Source: the human T2T-CHM13v2.0 reference genome, Homo sapiens. From it: DNA of 64,000 nucleotides. The notes beneath the pieces were generated by a model. The model did no database searches. It saw only the letters and a list, made by a program, of their open reading frames with translations, and had not been told where the DNA came from. Shown piece by piece: positions 1 through 14,199 of this stretch (its first letter is position 1; every line of letters starts with the position of its first letter). A program made the position numbers and the translations under genes. The stretch lies in assembly GCF_009914755.1 (NCBI RefSeq), contig NC_060939.1; one strand, given 5' to 3'.

Positions 1-1573
1 GGAAAAAGCGAGGGACAAAAAAATTGTAGAATAATGGCCAAAATTTTTCCAAATTTATTGAAAAATATAACTCCCAGATTTAAAGAGCTCAATGAACCTC
101 TGCTAGAATAATCACACACACACAAAAGCTTAATGTAGCATGTGATAATCACATTAACTGAAGTCAGCAATAAAGAGAAAATCTTAAAACCAGCCAGAGA
201 AAAAATGTGCATTATGTACAAAGGAACAAAAAGTAAAAATCATCAGACTTCTTATAAGAGGCCATGCAAACCAGGAGACAATGCAACAAAAACTTTAGAG
301 TGCTGGAAGAAAAAACCTAATTATCTAAAATTCAACACCACGTGAAAACATCATTCAAAATTTAAGTAAAGATAATATTTTCTCAGACAAATAAAAGTTG
401 AGAGATTTTATCACCAGCAGATCTGAACTATAAGTGTTAAAGTTCTCCAGAAGAAAGAAAATAATAACAGATAAAGATTTGGATCTACATCAAGCAATAA
501 AGAGTAATAAAAATGGCATGTATTGGGGTAAATATAGGACATTTGTTGTCATTTTTAAATTTCCTTAAATACAGTTGGCTATTTTAGCATAAACAATAGC
601 ACTGTATTAGAGTTTAGATCATATGCAGAAGTAAAACACACTGTAACAATAGTACAAAAGACAGGAGGGGAAACAGGAGTATGTTATGAAGATTTTTACA
701 CACGAAGTACTGTAATGTTATTTGAAAGTAGACTGTGATAAGTTAAAATTATTTATTGTAAATTCTAGAGTAACCACAAAAGAAAAAAAAGTAACCACAA
801 AAGAAAAAAATAAAAGGAAAGAAAGAAAAAAAAGAATAGCTAATAAGCTCATAGAGATAAAAATGGAGTCATAAAAAGTATCCAAAAAGAAGACAATAAA
901 ATGTGAGAGAGAATAATGAACAGGTGGGACAAATAGAAAACAAAAAACAAGATAGTGTTCTATCCAATTGTATAAATATAAATATATTAATAAATGGCCT
1001 AGGCACTCTAATTAAAGAGCAGTGATTATGAAATTAGATTAAAATGCAAGACCCAAAGGTATGCTGTCTACAAGAAACCCACTTTAAATATAAAAATACA
1101 AATAGCTTGAAAAGTGAAATGATGGAAACCTTAATTAGAATAAAGCTGAAATGTCTATCTTAACATCAGATAATGCAGACTTCAAAACAAGGTATAAACA
1201 TGGGATAAAGATGGATATTTCATAAGTAAAGGGGATCAAGTCTAAAGAAAAAATAATAATCCTAAATGTATATGCAAGTAAAACAGAAATCCAAAATACA
1301 TGAAGCAAAGACTGACAGTACTAAAAGAAGAAATAGAAAAATCTACAATTTTAGTTGGAGACTTCAGCATTCCTCTCTCTGTGAATGACAGAATGAGTAA
1401 ACAGGAAATTACAGTAAGAATACAGAAGACTTGAACCACATTCTCAGCCAACTTGACCTAATTGACACTAATGGCACACTCTACCCAATAACAAAGTAAA
1501 TATTTTTTTCAAGTGTATTTGGAATATTTGTCAAAATAAATCATATACTATGCTATTAAAAACTCTTAGTATA

Positions 1574-1950
<377 letters not shown>

Positions 1951-3580
1951 ACCTCTTAGTAAATGTAATAGGATTAATCTTACAAAACATGGTCTGTAAC
2001 AAAAATGAATTTAAACTAGAGATCAATTACAAATAAAAAATCTGGAATTCCAACTAATTGAAAATTAACACACTTCTAAATAACAAATGGGTCAAAGAAG
2101 AAATCACAAAGAAAGTTAAAAAATATTTTGAACTGAATGAAAATAAAAATATAACATATCAAAAGTTGTGGATGAAGCTAAAGCAGTTTAAAAGCAAAAT
2201 GATACCATTAAATGCCAGTATGGTGGGCAGCTCTCAATTCAATAATCTAAGCTTCTTTCTTCAGCAAAAAAGCAGTAGAAAGGAATGGAAATCAAACCAA
2301 AAGGAAGGTGGAGGAAGGAAATGACGAGATCAGAGCAGAAATCAGTGAAACAGAAAACAGAATAATAATAGAGATTGGTGAAACCAAAAGCTAATCCTTC
2401 GAAAAGAGCAATAAAATTGATATACTTCTAACCAGATTGATCAAGAAAAGGTGAGAAGAGACTAAAAATAAAAAAGGAATATTATAACCAATTTTTAGCA
2501 ATAAATTCATCAACTTAAATGAAATGATAAATTCCTTTAAAGATACAAACTACCAAAGCCCCCTCAGGAAAACACAGAAAACCTGAATAGAGTGATATCA
2601 ATAACAAAATAATTGTTTTAGATAACACCCTTTCCACAAAGAACATTCCAGGGCTAGAGGGCTTCACGGGTAAATTCTTCCAAACATTTAAGGAAGAAAT
2701 AACACTAATTCTATACAAATTATTTCATAAAATAGAAAAGAAGGAGACATATTCCAAATCATCTTGTGAGGCCAACATCACTTGGACTCCAAAACCAGAA
2801 AAAGATAAAAAAACTACAAACCATGTTTTTTCAACAAATGGAATCCAGCAATATAAAAAGAGTAATACATAGTGACTAAGCAGGCTGATTTAATATTCAA
2901 ATATCAACCAATAAAATTAATCCAATTAACAGGCAGAAAAATCATACTATATCATCTCATAGATAACAAAGTATTTGATAAAATTTAATATTCATTCATC
3001 ATTTTAAAAAACTCTCAGAAAACTAGAAGCATAAGGGAACTTTCTCGAGTGGATGAAGAGCATCTATTAAAAAAAATCGACAGTAAGCATAATACCTAAT
3101 GATAACATACTAAATGTTTTCCTCAAAAAATCAAGAACTAAGTGGGGGTGTCCAGTTTAATTATTTCTATTTGGCATTTTACTGGGGATCCTAGATAATG
3201 CTATGGGCATATTGACTGAAAAAGAAGAAGTAAAGCTGCATTTACGCATAGATGACATGATAGTATGTGTCAAAAATCTAGGAAATCTATATAAAAGCTA
3301 CTAGAACTAAGGTGGGAGTTTAGCAAGTTTGCAGGATACAAAGTCAATATAGATCTATTGTCTTCCTATGTACTAGCAGCAAATAAATGGAAATTTTAAA
3401 AAGTAATACCATTTATAACAGAATAAATAACATTAATTTCTTAAGGATAAATTTAGTAAAATATGCAAAATCTGTTTACTACAAATAATCAAATATTCAC
3501 TAGAAAATAGCAAATATCAAATTATCAAATAATTATCAAAAATGATCAATAAAATTAAAGATGTAAAAATTGGAGCAAGG

Positions 3581-3885
3581 GGCCAGGTGCAATAGCTCAC
3601 AGCTGTAATGCCACCATTTTGGGAGGCCATGGCAGGAGGATCACTTGATCCCAGGAGTTCAAGACCAGCCTATGCAACATAGTGAGACCCAATCTCTCAA
3701 AAAAAAAGAAAGAAAGAAAGAAAAAAGAAGAAGAAAAATTAGCAGGTATGGTGGTTCAAGTCCATAGTCCCAGGTACTTAGGAATCTGAGGCAGGAGGAT
3801 TGATTGAGTCCTGGAGGTGGAGGCTGCAATGAGCTGTGATCATGACACTGTACTCCACAGCCTGGGTGACAGAGTGAGACCCTGA
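3581..3885 (+). mobile_element. AluJ-like
   Basis: GGCCAGGTGCAATAGCTCAC start; J-type features (ggaggatcacttga, gagctgtgatcatg); expanded middle A-rich linker. Confidence 0.9.
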
Positions 3886-3965
3886 GAAGGAAGGAAGGAA
3901 GGAAGGAAGGAAGGGAGGGAGGGAAAGAGAGAGACAGAGAGAGACAGAAATTAAGAAAGAAAGAA

Positions 3966-4017
<52 letters not shown>

Positions 4018-4046
4018 AAAAAAGAAAGAAAGAAAAGAATAGAAAA
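3886..4046 (+). repeat. Compound purine microsatellite (GGAA)n-(GA)n-(GAAA)n derived from the Alu tail
   Basis: Direct inspection. Confidence 0.95.
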
Positions 4047-4442
4047 GACAAGACCATGTTTTGAAGACTCAATATTGTTAAGATGTTAAATCTCCCCAAA
4101 AGTGATATTTCAACATAATCTCATTCAAAACTCCAGAAGATATTTGTAGAAAGTGACAAGCTAGTTCTAAAATTTATGTGGAAAGGCAAAGTACCTAGAT
4201 AACCAAAACAATTTTGAAAAAAAACCCAGTGTTTGAGGACTAATCACCCCGATATCAAGACTTACTATAAAGCTATAGTAATCAAAACAACATGGCAGTG
4301 TTGTAACTCTAGACACGTGAAACACATAAGAGAAACTCCAGAAATAAACACTGCCAATGGGTAAGCAGAGTCTTTTCAAGTGGTGCTGGAAAAACGGGGC
4401 ATCCACATGCAAAGAAACAAATCTAGACATGGATCTTGTACT

Positions 4443-4446
<4 letters not shown>

Positions 4447-4480
<34 letters not shown>
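4447..4480 (+). repeat. (CA)n microsatellite
   Basis: About 17 CA units. Confidence 0.95.
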
Positions 4481-4485
<5 letters not shown>

Positions 4486-4690
4486 TCGAAATGGATCACA
4501 TACCTAAATATAAAATGCAAAACTATAAAACATTTAAAAGATAGGAGAAAATCTCGATGACCTTGGATTTGGTGATGACTTTTTTAGATACAACACCAAA
4601 AGTATGATCCATAAAGAAAAAATTGATTAAGTTGGACCTTTATTAAAATTTAAAATTTCTGCTCTGTGAAAACACCGTTAAGAGAATAAT

Positions 4691-5020
4691 GGGCCCAGCT
4701 CATGCCTGTAATCCAAGCACTTTGAGAGGCCAGAGGTTGGTGAATTGCTTGAGCTCAGGAGTTTGAAACGAGCCTGGGCAACATGGCAAAACCCTGTCTC
4801 TACAAAAAGTACAAGAAATTAGCTGGATATGGTGGCATGCACCTTTAGTCCCAGCTACTCAGGAGGCTAAGGTGGGAAGATCACTTGAGTCTGGGAGGCA
4901 GAGGTTACAGTGAGCCAAGATCACACCACTGCATTCCAGCCTGGGCAACAGAGCCAGACTCTGTCTCAAAAACAAAACAAACAGACAAACAAAACAAAAA
5001 CAGAGAGAGAGAGAGAGAGA
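4691..5020 (+). mobile_element. Alu (J/S) with (CAAA)n-(GA)n tail
   Basis: Alu body; TSD AGAGAATAATGG on both sides (4681 and ~5017). Confidence 0.9.
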
Positions 5021-5097
5021 GAATAATGGTCAAAAACTAGAAACAAGTCAAACATTCATCAACAGGAAAATGGATAACAAGTTGTGGTATATCCATA

Positions 5098-5494
5098 TGT
5101 ATTAGTCCATTCTCACATTGCTATAAACAACTACGTGAAACTGGGCAGTTTACAAAGAAAACAGGTTTAATTGACTCACAGTTTTACAGGCTGTACAGGA
5201 GGCATGGCTGGGGAGACCTTGGGAAACTTACAATCATAGCAGAAGGGGAAGGGGAAGCAGGAACATCTTCTCCTGGTTGGCAAGAGGGAGCAAGACAAGG
5301 GGAGAGGTACTATGCACTTTCTAAACAACCAGATCTCTTGAGAACTCTATCATGAGGCAGAATTTGGGGAATGGCGCTAAACCATTAGAATCCATCCCCA
5401 TGACCCAATCACCTCCCATTAGGCCCCATCTCCAACACTGGGAAGTACAATTCAACATGAGATTTGGGTGGGAACACAGAGCCAAACCATATCA
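5098..5494 (-). mobile_element. MaLR solo LTR (MSTA-like)
   Basis: TGTATTAGTCC...CCAAACCATATCA is the reverse complement of MST/THE1 LTR termini; 5-bp TSD CCATA (5093-5097, 5495-5499). Confidence 0.9.
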
Positions 5495-6084
5495 CCATAC
5501 AATGAAATATTACTCAGTAATAAAAAAGAATGAACTAAGGATACACAGAACAACATGGATGAACCTCAAAGCACTACATTAAGTAAAGAAAGCCAGACAA
5601 AAAAGACTCCATACTTTCTGGTTTCACTTATATGTAACTCTAAAAAGGTGAAACTGTAGTAGAAGACAGCAGATCAATAGTGGCCACAGGTTAAGGGTGG
5701 GGAAAGAGGATTGACTACAAAGAAAGCACAAAAAAAGCTTTTGGGTGCTAGCAATGTTCTATACTATATATTGATTACTCATATTCGCCAGGGTTCCCTG
5801 CACTTAGGCTGAGTGAATTTTATGTTAGTTATATCTCAACAAAGCAGATTATTTAAAAATACATCTGCAAATCTTCTTCCCACCATTGATGAACAGTGTC
5901 CTCTTTCCGTTGCCTAAAATATCCAGAATATCATTTGAAGTTTTGATGCCATATAAAGTGAGTCATAGAAGCCAGCTTTTATTCATCTATCCAGCCAGCC
6001 AGCCAGCCCAGCCAGATAGCCAAGTAGAATAAGAATAAAATACAGTTTGATTTTTAGAAATCTTACAATCTAAAAATAAAACTA

Positions 6085-6300
6085 TCATGTTTAACATTTA
6101 TGGTGTGAAAGTTTTATAATGCTATTCTAAGCACTTTGTATATATTAACTTATTTAATTCTTTCAATAATGCTATGATATGAATTGCACTATTAATTCCA
6201 TTTCAGGAAGAGAAAAACTGAGAGACAGAGAAGCCAGGTTAGCTTCCTGGCTGGTAAATGGTAAAGCTGGGATTTGAACCCAGGCAGACTGACTCTATAC
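6085..6300 (-). mobile_element. MIR
   Basis: aaaactgagagacagag...gctgggatttgaacccaggcagactgactc matches the MIR core in reverse. Confidence 0.8.
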
Positions 6301-6622
6301 CTGCTCTGCCCAATATATATAGTTGCCACTAGCCACACATGGCTACTGAGTACTTGCAATGTAGTTAGAATGAACTGAGACATAAGTATAAAAATGTACG
6401 CCAGAGTTCAAAGAATTACTAAAAAAAGTAAAATATTGCATTAATAATTTTAATATTGATTACATATTGAAATAATATTTTAGATATTTTGAGTTAAAAT
6501 GAAATATATTATTGAATTACACTTACCTTAATTCAATAATATATTTACTTTTTAAAATGTGGCTATGAGAACTTTCAAAATTATCTATGTGTCTAATGTT
6601 ATACATCTGTTGGACAGCACTG
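6301..6622 (-). mobile_element. MER33 (hAT-Charlie non-autonomous DNA transposon)
   Basis: gccactagccacacatggctactgagtacttg...ttggacagcactg termini and AT-rich core. Confidence 0.8.
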
Positions 6623-6793
6623 CTGTAGATGCTGAGAATTGAACTATCACATTCTACTGCTTTGGTGACAGACCTAAGAGCAATTATGAGGTGATGCATA
6701 AGTGGTAAAATAGAGGTATGGACAAAGGATCATGGGAGTGTTAAAAGAAAATTATCAGTTCTGTTCTGACCAGGGATAAAGAACCTAGGGAAG

Positions 6794-7126
<333 letters not shown>

Positions 7127-7299
7127 TCAAATCCTGCAGGCAGAGAGCTTTGAGCTCCCATCCTGTCTCCACCGCCTATTATCATGAAACCTTGGAGTTT
7201 CCTAAGCTCTCTCTTAGCCTTTGTTTCCTTACCTGTAAAAGAAAGATGATAGCAGAGCCTATTCCTAAGGCTTTTCTTTATTGGAGTTGCATCTATAGA

Positions 7300-7585
7300 T
7301 ATATAATGTATTAGATGTTAAAATAAATACATTTTAAAATATTAATTCACTTAAAAATATAAACTCATAACATGTTAATGTAAATAACATATTTTAATTT
7401 TTAAAAGCCTATATTTTCCAAAACAAAACAAAAACTTAATGAGAATAGTATCATTGTTTTACATTTTTGCAAGTCTCTTTAATGTCTGGCTTAATAGAAG
7501 ACAACTGGATTCTCATATCTGTTATATCTCTATCTCATATCAAAGAATGCCAAGGTCCCAGAACTACGCTTTCAGAACTACTGGC
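7300..7585. mobile_element. Charlie1-family DNA transposon fragment, flanked by MIR fragments (7140-7275, 7585-7690)
   Basis: cttaatagaagacaactggattctcatatctg and ...ttcagaactactg terminus. Confidence 0.55.
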
Positions 7586-8203
7586 CTAATACAAAGCTCT
7601 CAATGGCTGTTAGCCATTTTTATTCACAGATTCTATTCCCCTATGAGTTACTGTGAGGATCAAATGAGAGCATGTATTTTTAAAAGACTGTGAAATCATG
7701 ACAAGCTTACAATGCGAAAAACTCCAGTCTGAGACATTGGTGGCTATTCTTACTTATATTTTTTCAACAACTGAAATTTAAACTCTTGAAATGAATTTAT
7801 CAAAGCCCTGCTTTGCTATTGTGTGACCTCAAATGGAATTAGTCCTCAGAAATGTATACAGAAAAGGAAAGAGAAAGAAAATGAAGGAAGAAAGGAAGGG
7901 AGAGAGAGGAAGTATGGGAGGGAGGGAGGGCATGCAGGAAGGCTGCTTGAGTTCTAAGATGTCTTAAAATGTTTAAGGATCTGCTGATGGAGACATTGTC
8001 TTAGCTACTTCATCGGAAGACTCGCAGACTCTAGAAGCCCTGATAAGTATCTTCACAAGTGAACAATCACCAAAGCAATATATAGTGCCCACCAGAAGAC
8101 GACTCAATTCCTTGGACAGAAAGCCCAAGAGCTACCCAGCTGGCCCTTCAACGGTAAGGGATCAATTCGAGTTGCTCATGCTGGTGAGGAGAGATGGAAG
8201 GAA

Positions 8204-8534
8204 CATAGTATTGCCCTTTACGCACAGTTTCACTCTCCGAGCTTTCAGTTACTAGTGGTCAACTGAGGTCTGCAAATAGGTGAGTACAACATCATAAGAT
8301 ATTTTGAGCGAGACCACATTCACATAACTTTATTACTGTATATTATCATACTTGCTCTATTTTATTATTGTTGCTAATCTGTTACTGTGCCTAATTTATA
8401 AATTAAACTTTATCATATGTATGTATGTACAGGAAAAAAACATCATGTATATAGGGTTTGGTACTACCTACAGTTTCAGGCATCCACTGAGGATCTTGGA
8501 CCATATCCCCCATGGATAAGGAGGAGAACTAATG
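8204..8534 (+). mobile_element. MER44A (Tigger7-derived MITE)
   Basis: aaataggtgagtaca...gagaccacattcacataac...ttcaggcatccactg...ggataagga matches MER44A. Confidence 0.8.
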
Positions 8535-10879
8535 TAGGCAAAAGATTCAGCATGAAAGTTGCTGTGGATCTCATGACAGTAAGAAAAGTGTATTAGTCAT
8601 AATCACTTCAGAGCTTAGCTCAAACAGGCTTAAGGCAAAAGAAAATGTATTGGTTCACATAAAAGCCAGGTCTCACATAAAGAAAGCTCTCGCTGTCTCG
8701 CTCTCTCTCCCCCACCCCTTCTCTCTTTCTCTCTCCGTCTCCTTCACAGACTACTTTGCTTTTATCACAGACTCTGCTTTGTTTTTGTCTTAGAAGCTCC
8801 TAGAGACCGTTCTTAACTGCAAGTAGTCCCAAAAGAAAGCTCTTCCCAGCAGCTGAAACAAGTTCGGGTTTGCATCTTATTCACCGGGCTTACGTTTCTG
8901 TATCCATCTATACAATAGTAAAACAGTACTGAATTTAATTCAGTTGTTAGTGATCTAAAAGTATTTCTAGCTACCTTAGGCTCATTGCTTTTAGCTCTAT
9001 GGGGCATTATATTAAAATATACAGAATTTCCATTTATAGGCTGCTATTAATCAATCCATCCACGATATCCATCCAAAGCAATTGATCAATATGTTTGCAG
9101 CACTGATTTGCACAAACATGACTAACAAAGTTTGTTAGAAAGATACTGGCCTATTCATCCTCTAGTCTGGCAGGATAGAGGCCCAAAAACAAAACAAAAC
9201 CAAGCACTTCTTGTACACAAGCCACACTCTGCCTTGAAAGATATATGTCCTGTTTCCTTAAAATGTATTATGTTGGACAATCATAAGATGTTTACTGGAG
9301 TCTGGCCTCTGCAATTCATTAGAACTCCAGGGAATAGAAACGCTCTCCTGCAAACTGATGTATCACAATGGCATGTGATAACCTTGTTTGACATCATCAG
9401 TTTAGGTTTATCACATCTGGCTCATTTTGAAAATTATTTCACATTAAATGATTTACTTTTTAAAGAGGGGAAGAAAGGGAAAGGGGAAGAGTAATAAAAA
9501 AGAAATTTAAAACTCAGCTAATTAGGACAAAAATGTTTTTAATCCAGCTCTATAGATTTGGCAAAAATTAAAAAGAAAAAAAGGAGACCAGCTGGAAAGC
9601 AATAAAGCATATCTACTTCTCATCCACACCGCTGCCAGCTGCTGCTTCAAGGGTTTGGCAAAACAAGCCTTTGTACAGTAAGTCCACTTCTTTTATTCCT
9701 AGAGACTACAGCCTTTTTTGAACTTGGATGGTGACTTCATAAAGAGTGCTGTTGTTTTATTTACTCTCAATTAATCATGCTCGACTGTAAACAAAGTGTC
9801 TGTTTTAGTTCTGCTGACAATTATCCACTTGTCAACAGCTCCCTCAAGTACCTTCAGCATCTGGCTACAGCAGGAAACCTCCACATCAAAATGAATGTCT
9901 CAGTAAACTCAGGATTTCATCAGCAGTCAGGATTATATTGTAACAAATGTCACCAAGCCTCCTTGATGAGAATATACAGCATCAGATGATAAAGTGTTTC
10001 TCAGGATATCCCTTCTTTCTCTCTGTTTGCCTTGGGAAAAAAAAAAAAAAGAAGAAGGAGAAGGAGAAGGAGAAAATAATTTCACCTAAGGACTCTTGGA
10101 AGACGGGGCTGAGGAGGTAGTGGGGACAGCGAGGGATGGGACTGTGACTTCGGATATTTTTACAAACAACCAAGCACATGAAGACAGCTTCAGATGTCTT
10201 CAACTATGGACAGCAAACGTCCTCATTAGTTACATTCCACGAGATCAACAGAGCCAAACTGTTACAATTGGTGGTAATTTGTGTGAGGAATTCATAGTAA
10301 GTTTTGCTGTTATTTCACTAAGGTTTGAAATTGGCACGACTTTATCCAATGTTCAAATACCCCCTTTCCTTTGGGAATTTTTCTCCCATTTAAAATATGT
10401 ATAGAACGTAGGGGAAAGTCAGTGCCAAGGTCATTAATATTTTGACAATAGAAATGTTTTAAGGACAAAACAAATGTTACGTTTGGTGGTTTGTTGAGGG
10501 GGAATTACTAAGGTGTGTTCCCTGGAGCTCCCCTTGGAGAAGGGAGCCATAGAAAATTAAACTGAACATCGATACTATATCCCATTTCTGTTCTTCCAGC
10601 CCTAAGAAAGGAGAGAAATCATGTATATCATGTGGGAAGGAGGGCTGAGTGAGTGGGGGCTCTGACAAACCAGTCCTCAGGGAGAATGTATGGATTCTTT
10701 ACTCAGACTTTCTATCTCCTCGGGATTAATTTACACCCACTTCAAAACCGAAGAGATTCAAATAAGTTGGCACCACTCCCTCCAAGTTGGACTTCTGGGT
10801 GAGGATTCAGTGGTGGGGAGTCCGAGAGGATTGTAAACCACCAAGAGGAACCAAGCACCCAGCACCCCCAGACTGGCGT

Positions 10880-11320
10880 TCCCATGGACCCAAAGCGGCC
10901 TAGAACCAACGCCTGATCCAGAAACCTTGCCATCCTTCGCGACAGGAACGGAGGGCCAGGACAGCGAGACGCGCTCAGCGAGGCCCCTCCCCCACGACCC
11001 CCCATCTCTATAGTTACCAGCTAAGGTAGATTGACGGGGTAGGGGGAGGTGGACCCGTGAAGAGTCTGCTTCTCTCCTCTTTCTGACAAAAGCTAATCAA
11101 TCTAACTGCACATAATTGATTTTAATGAAGGGGGGCGGGGTTCTTCGTATTAACGATTGCCCGTGGTCCTCAGCTTGCGCGGGCTGCGGCTGCGGGTGCT
11201 GATCTGCGTCTTTCTTTGCCGTCCGGCCTGCGCGACCCGTGCGCCCTCCACACCGCCTAGCTTTGGGGCCCTGAAGAGCAAAGAGGTCTGAGAACCGGGA
11301 TCCTGGCCGGACCGCCGCCC
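10880..11320. promoter_or_regulatory. Upstream CpG-rich island 1
   Basis: Abundant CG dinucleotides compared with the flanks. Confidence 0.6.
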
Positions 11321-11599
11321 TGTTTCACCTGGTAATTTATGCACAATTAATTGAGATATCTTTTATACTTGATGTGTTGCAAAATTAATGCCTAATTTAT
11401 GTAATTAGTCAATTAACTCTAATTCCAGCATATGTTCCCAATGCCCAGAAGGTGTTCTGTTTCCCAGGTACTTATTTTGATGTCACAAAATGCAGCTAAT
11501 TAATTTTACATGCATATTAATTTGGGATCTCTTTGGCAGTTCCCTTTGTGCAAGTAATTTTAATATTTGTCTTTCTAACCTTTTGGGGTAGGATGAGGG

Positions 11600-13220
11600 A
11601 GGTGCAGGTGGCTATGAGCAGCACGCGGGGGCGAGCTTGGGTGGTGCCTGAGGGTGGCCCAGGTGGTGGGGCAGTGTTCCCGCAGAGGCTTCAAGTGGCA
11701 GGGAGTGCAGGCACTGAGCTCAGCAGGCCCTTAGGGGGCGTTACTGTTGCTGACCCCACGTAGTGCATTTTGCTCGGCTTTGGGAAACAGAGCCTTCAGG
11801 GCAGGGAGGTGGAGGCGCCCGGGCTGCCTGATCCTTACCCCCGGGGCATTTCCCGGGTCCCTAGGCAAATCGCTCCTCGCCCAGTGGTCCTCACTCCTGG
11901 GAGCCAGTGACACTTTCTTATTTATTTATTTGCGCCCTGAAGGACGACTCGGATTTCCAGGCCAGCCGGAAGAGGCAGAAAGCGAACAGGCTGCTCAGAG
12001 GTAGTGGCCCTTCCTTCCAGGCGTCGCGCTGATCCCCAACTGCCTGGCGCCCGAGTCCCTGAGCTCCCCAGAGCTGAGGGGTGGAGGGAGAGGTGAAGCG
12101 AGCCTCCATCTCGGGCTGCGATAGCCTCCATGGGGCGAAGACTAAGCAGGGCGAAAGTCTACTTTCCAAGTTACTGGGTGGCACATTAAAACTTTTATCC
12201 GTTTTGGACAAATTAATGAGCAATTTAATTAATAAAATCAGAGAGTAGTGTAAGTGCTATGATAATGAAGTTAAATGAGTGCACAGTAAAATATTCACTA
12301 ATCCAGCGCATTGCCAAATACCCCCTTAATTCTGCTTAACACTAAAAGGGTTTTGAGCACCATAATGAGATTCTTCTGTCTGCTAATTAATTGACACGCT
12401 CCTGAATATTCATATGAGCTAGCACCAATACGTTCCTAATTGCACCGTGGAATAGATCTCAGAGGAAAGTAAATCGCCATAGACTTAATTAAAATAATGT
12501 ATTCCAGATCCAGCACGGGGAAAGATGAGACATTTGCCTTCGAGCTCGCTAAGAAAGTGGCACCTGGTTGGTGGAGGGGAGAGATACCAAATGTCGGCGC
12601 CCAGCCTGAAATAAGTGGCATGGGACGCGCAGGGAGGGCGTTCAGCTTCAGAAAGCAGCGGCTACGCTGGGTCCAAACCCGGCGGCTCGGGAGGCCATAG
12701 CTCCTAGGTGCGTCCGAGCTCCTGCTACCCTGCGCGGTGTTGTCCTACCGGAGGAAGTGGCTGATGGGCAGTCTAGGATCCCGGCCCCTGACCCAGGGCC
12801 CTCTCCTCCCTGCGGTCCTGGTCCGGGTCATGGTCCCGGGGCTGGTCTGAAGTGCTGTCTACAGAGGGCACTTGGGGAAACATCGTAGGTCCGGAAATTC
12901 CCAGGGAAAGTTTTTGCAGGAGTTGTGGACGCCGCAGCAGCCCCAACTCTCCCAACCCAGCTTGCGACCCGAGAGAAGTCGCTCACACTTCTCTTTGGGG
13001 GAGGGCGACAGTTCCGGGGAGGACGCTTGGATCCCGAAAATGACGGGATCCAGGTCCCACAACCCTCAGGAAGCGCTGCGGTCTTCAAAACTGCGCAGCT
13101 AAATTCCTGGGCGCATTCTCCCTTTCTTGGCGAGTCCAGTGCCCGTGCCGGGGAGCATTCCAGCCCAGCTTACCTCGGCAGGTAGAAAGCACAGCATCGA
13201 GGCTGCGGACCCTACATCTG
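11600..13220. promoter_or_regulatory. Upstream CpG-rich island 2 (interrupted by an AT-rich block at 12180-12500)
   Basis: GC/CpG-rich unique sequence. Confidence 0.65.
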
Positions 13221-14199
13221 GGCTCCACATCACAGCCATTTTTACCAGATAATGCAAGAGAAATAAACTCTCCTCCCTTGGAAACACAAGTCCCCCACCC
13301 CCTTCTTTTTGGGGGGAAAAAAATCACCACAGGTTAGAAACTGAAAAGAGTTTATTTGAAGGCATACAAATGCATATTTATTATACACATGTAGGAATTA
13401 ACAATGTAAATTACACCGCCAGCAGTTGCTGGTTGTTTATTCATTAGATCTTTAGAAAATCTACATTGCCTCCAGACAGCGCGATGATAATGTGAAATAC
13501 ACAAGCAGTTTACATAACCAACTTCAACGCACAGCTTCGTGCTCCGCCACTCGGAGTCATCAACAGGTCGCGGGGAAGCGGACGCGAAGGAAAACCTAAG
13601 TTCCTAACAACTATGGAAAATCTGGGAAACCTACGAGGCCCACAGTTCCCTCTGTCCTTTTGGGAAGCGATAAAAGACTTGAAGAAAAAGAAGCAACTGT
13701 CTCACTATGGTTCATCTACTTTATCTCGTTTGTGTGTAGCTTTTTTTTTTCTTTGCAATTAAAAAAAAATCGGTAAAAAGAGGATGGATGGGCGGAACGG
13801 AAAGATCAATATCCTCCCCAAACTCCTGGTATTCCGGAGTGTTCCTTAAAGACTGTGAACCCAAACTGCTTTCAGGGGTGAAGTAAGTGACGAGAAGGTT
13901 TCCTTTACTGCCCGCGAGGGAAGAAAAGACAGCCTACCTTGGCTAAGGGAGGCCACCGGCTCCACCAATCAAATCGCTATGGCTATGAACAAATGGTTAT
14001 CCGCTCCAAAGAAAATCACTTGCTGGATCAGCCTTCTTGGAATTATTAAATCCTTCGTGGTTCTAGATTTATCCAAAAGATGGAGATGAGGTGACACTTT
14101 AAGAGAAAAGTGGCAGTGCAGACTTAATGGTTATTTTAAGTACATAAATATTGTATATAAATATATTTACAAGATTCTTTCCCAGTAAAAATATTAAGT

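Noticed and set aside
769-810. ~22-bp tandem duplication (AGTAACCACAAAAGAAAAAAA x2)
   Set aside because: Ordinary slippage duplication within A-rich L1 sequence.
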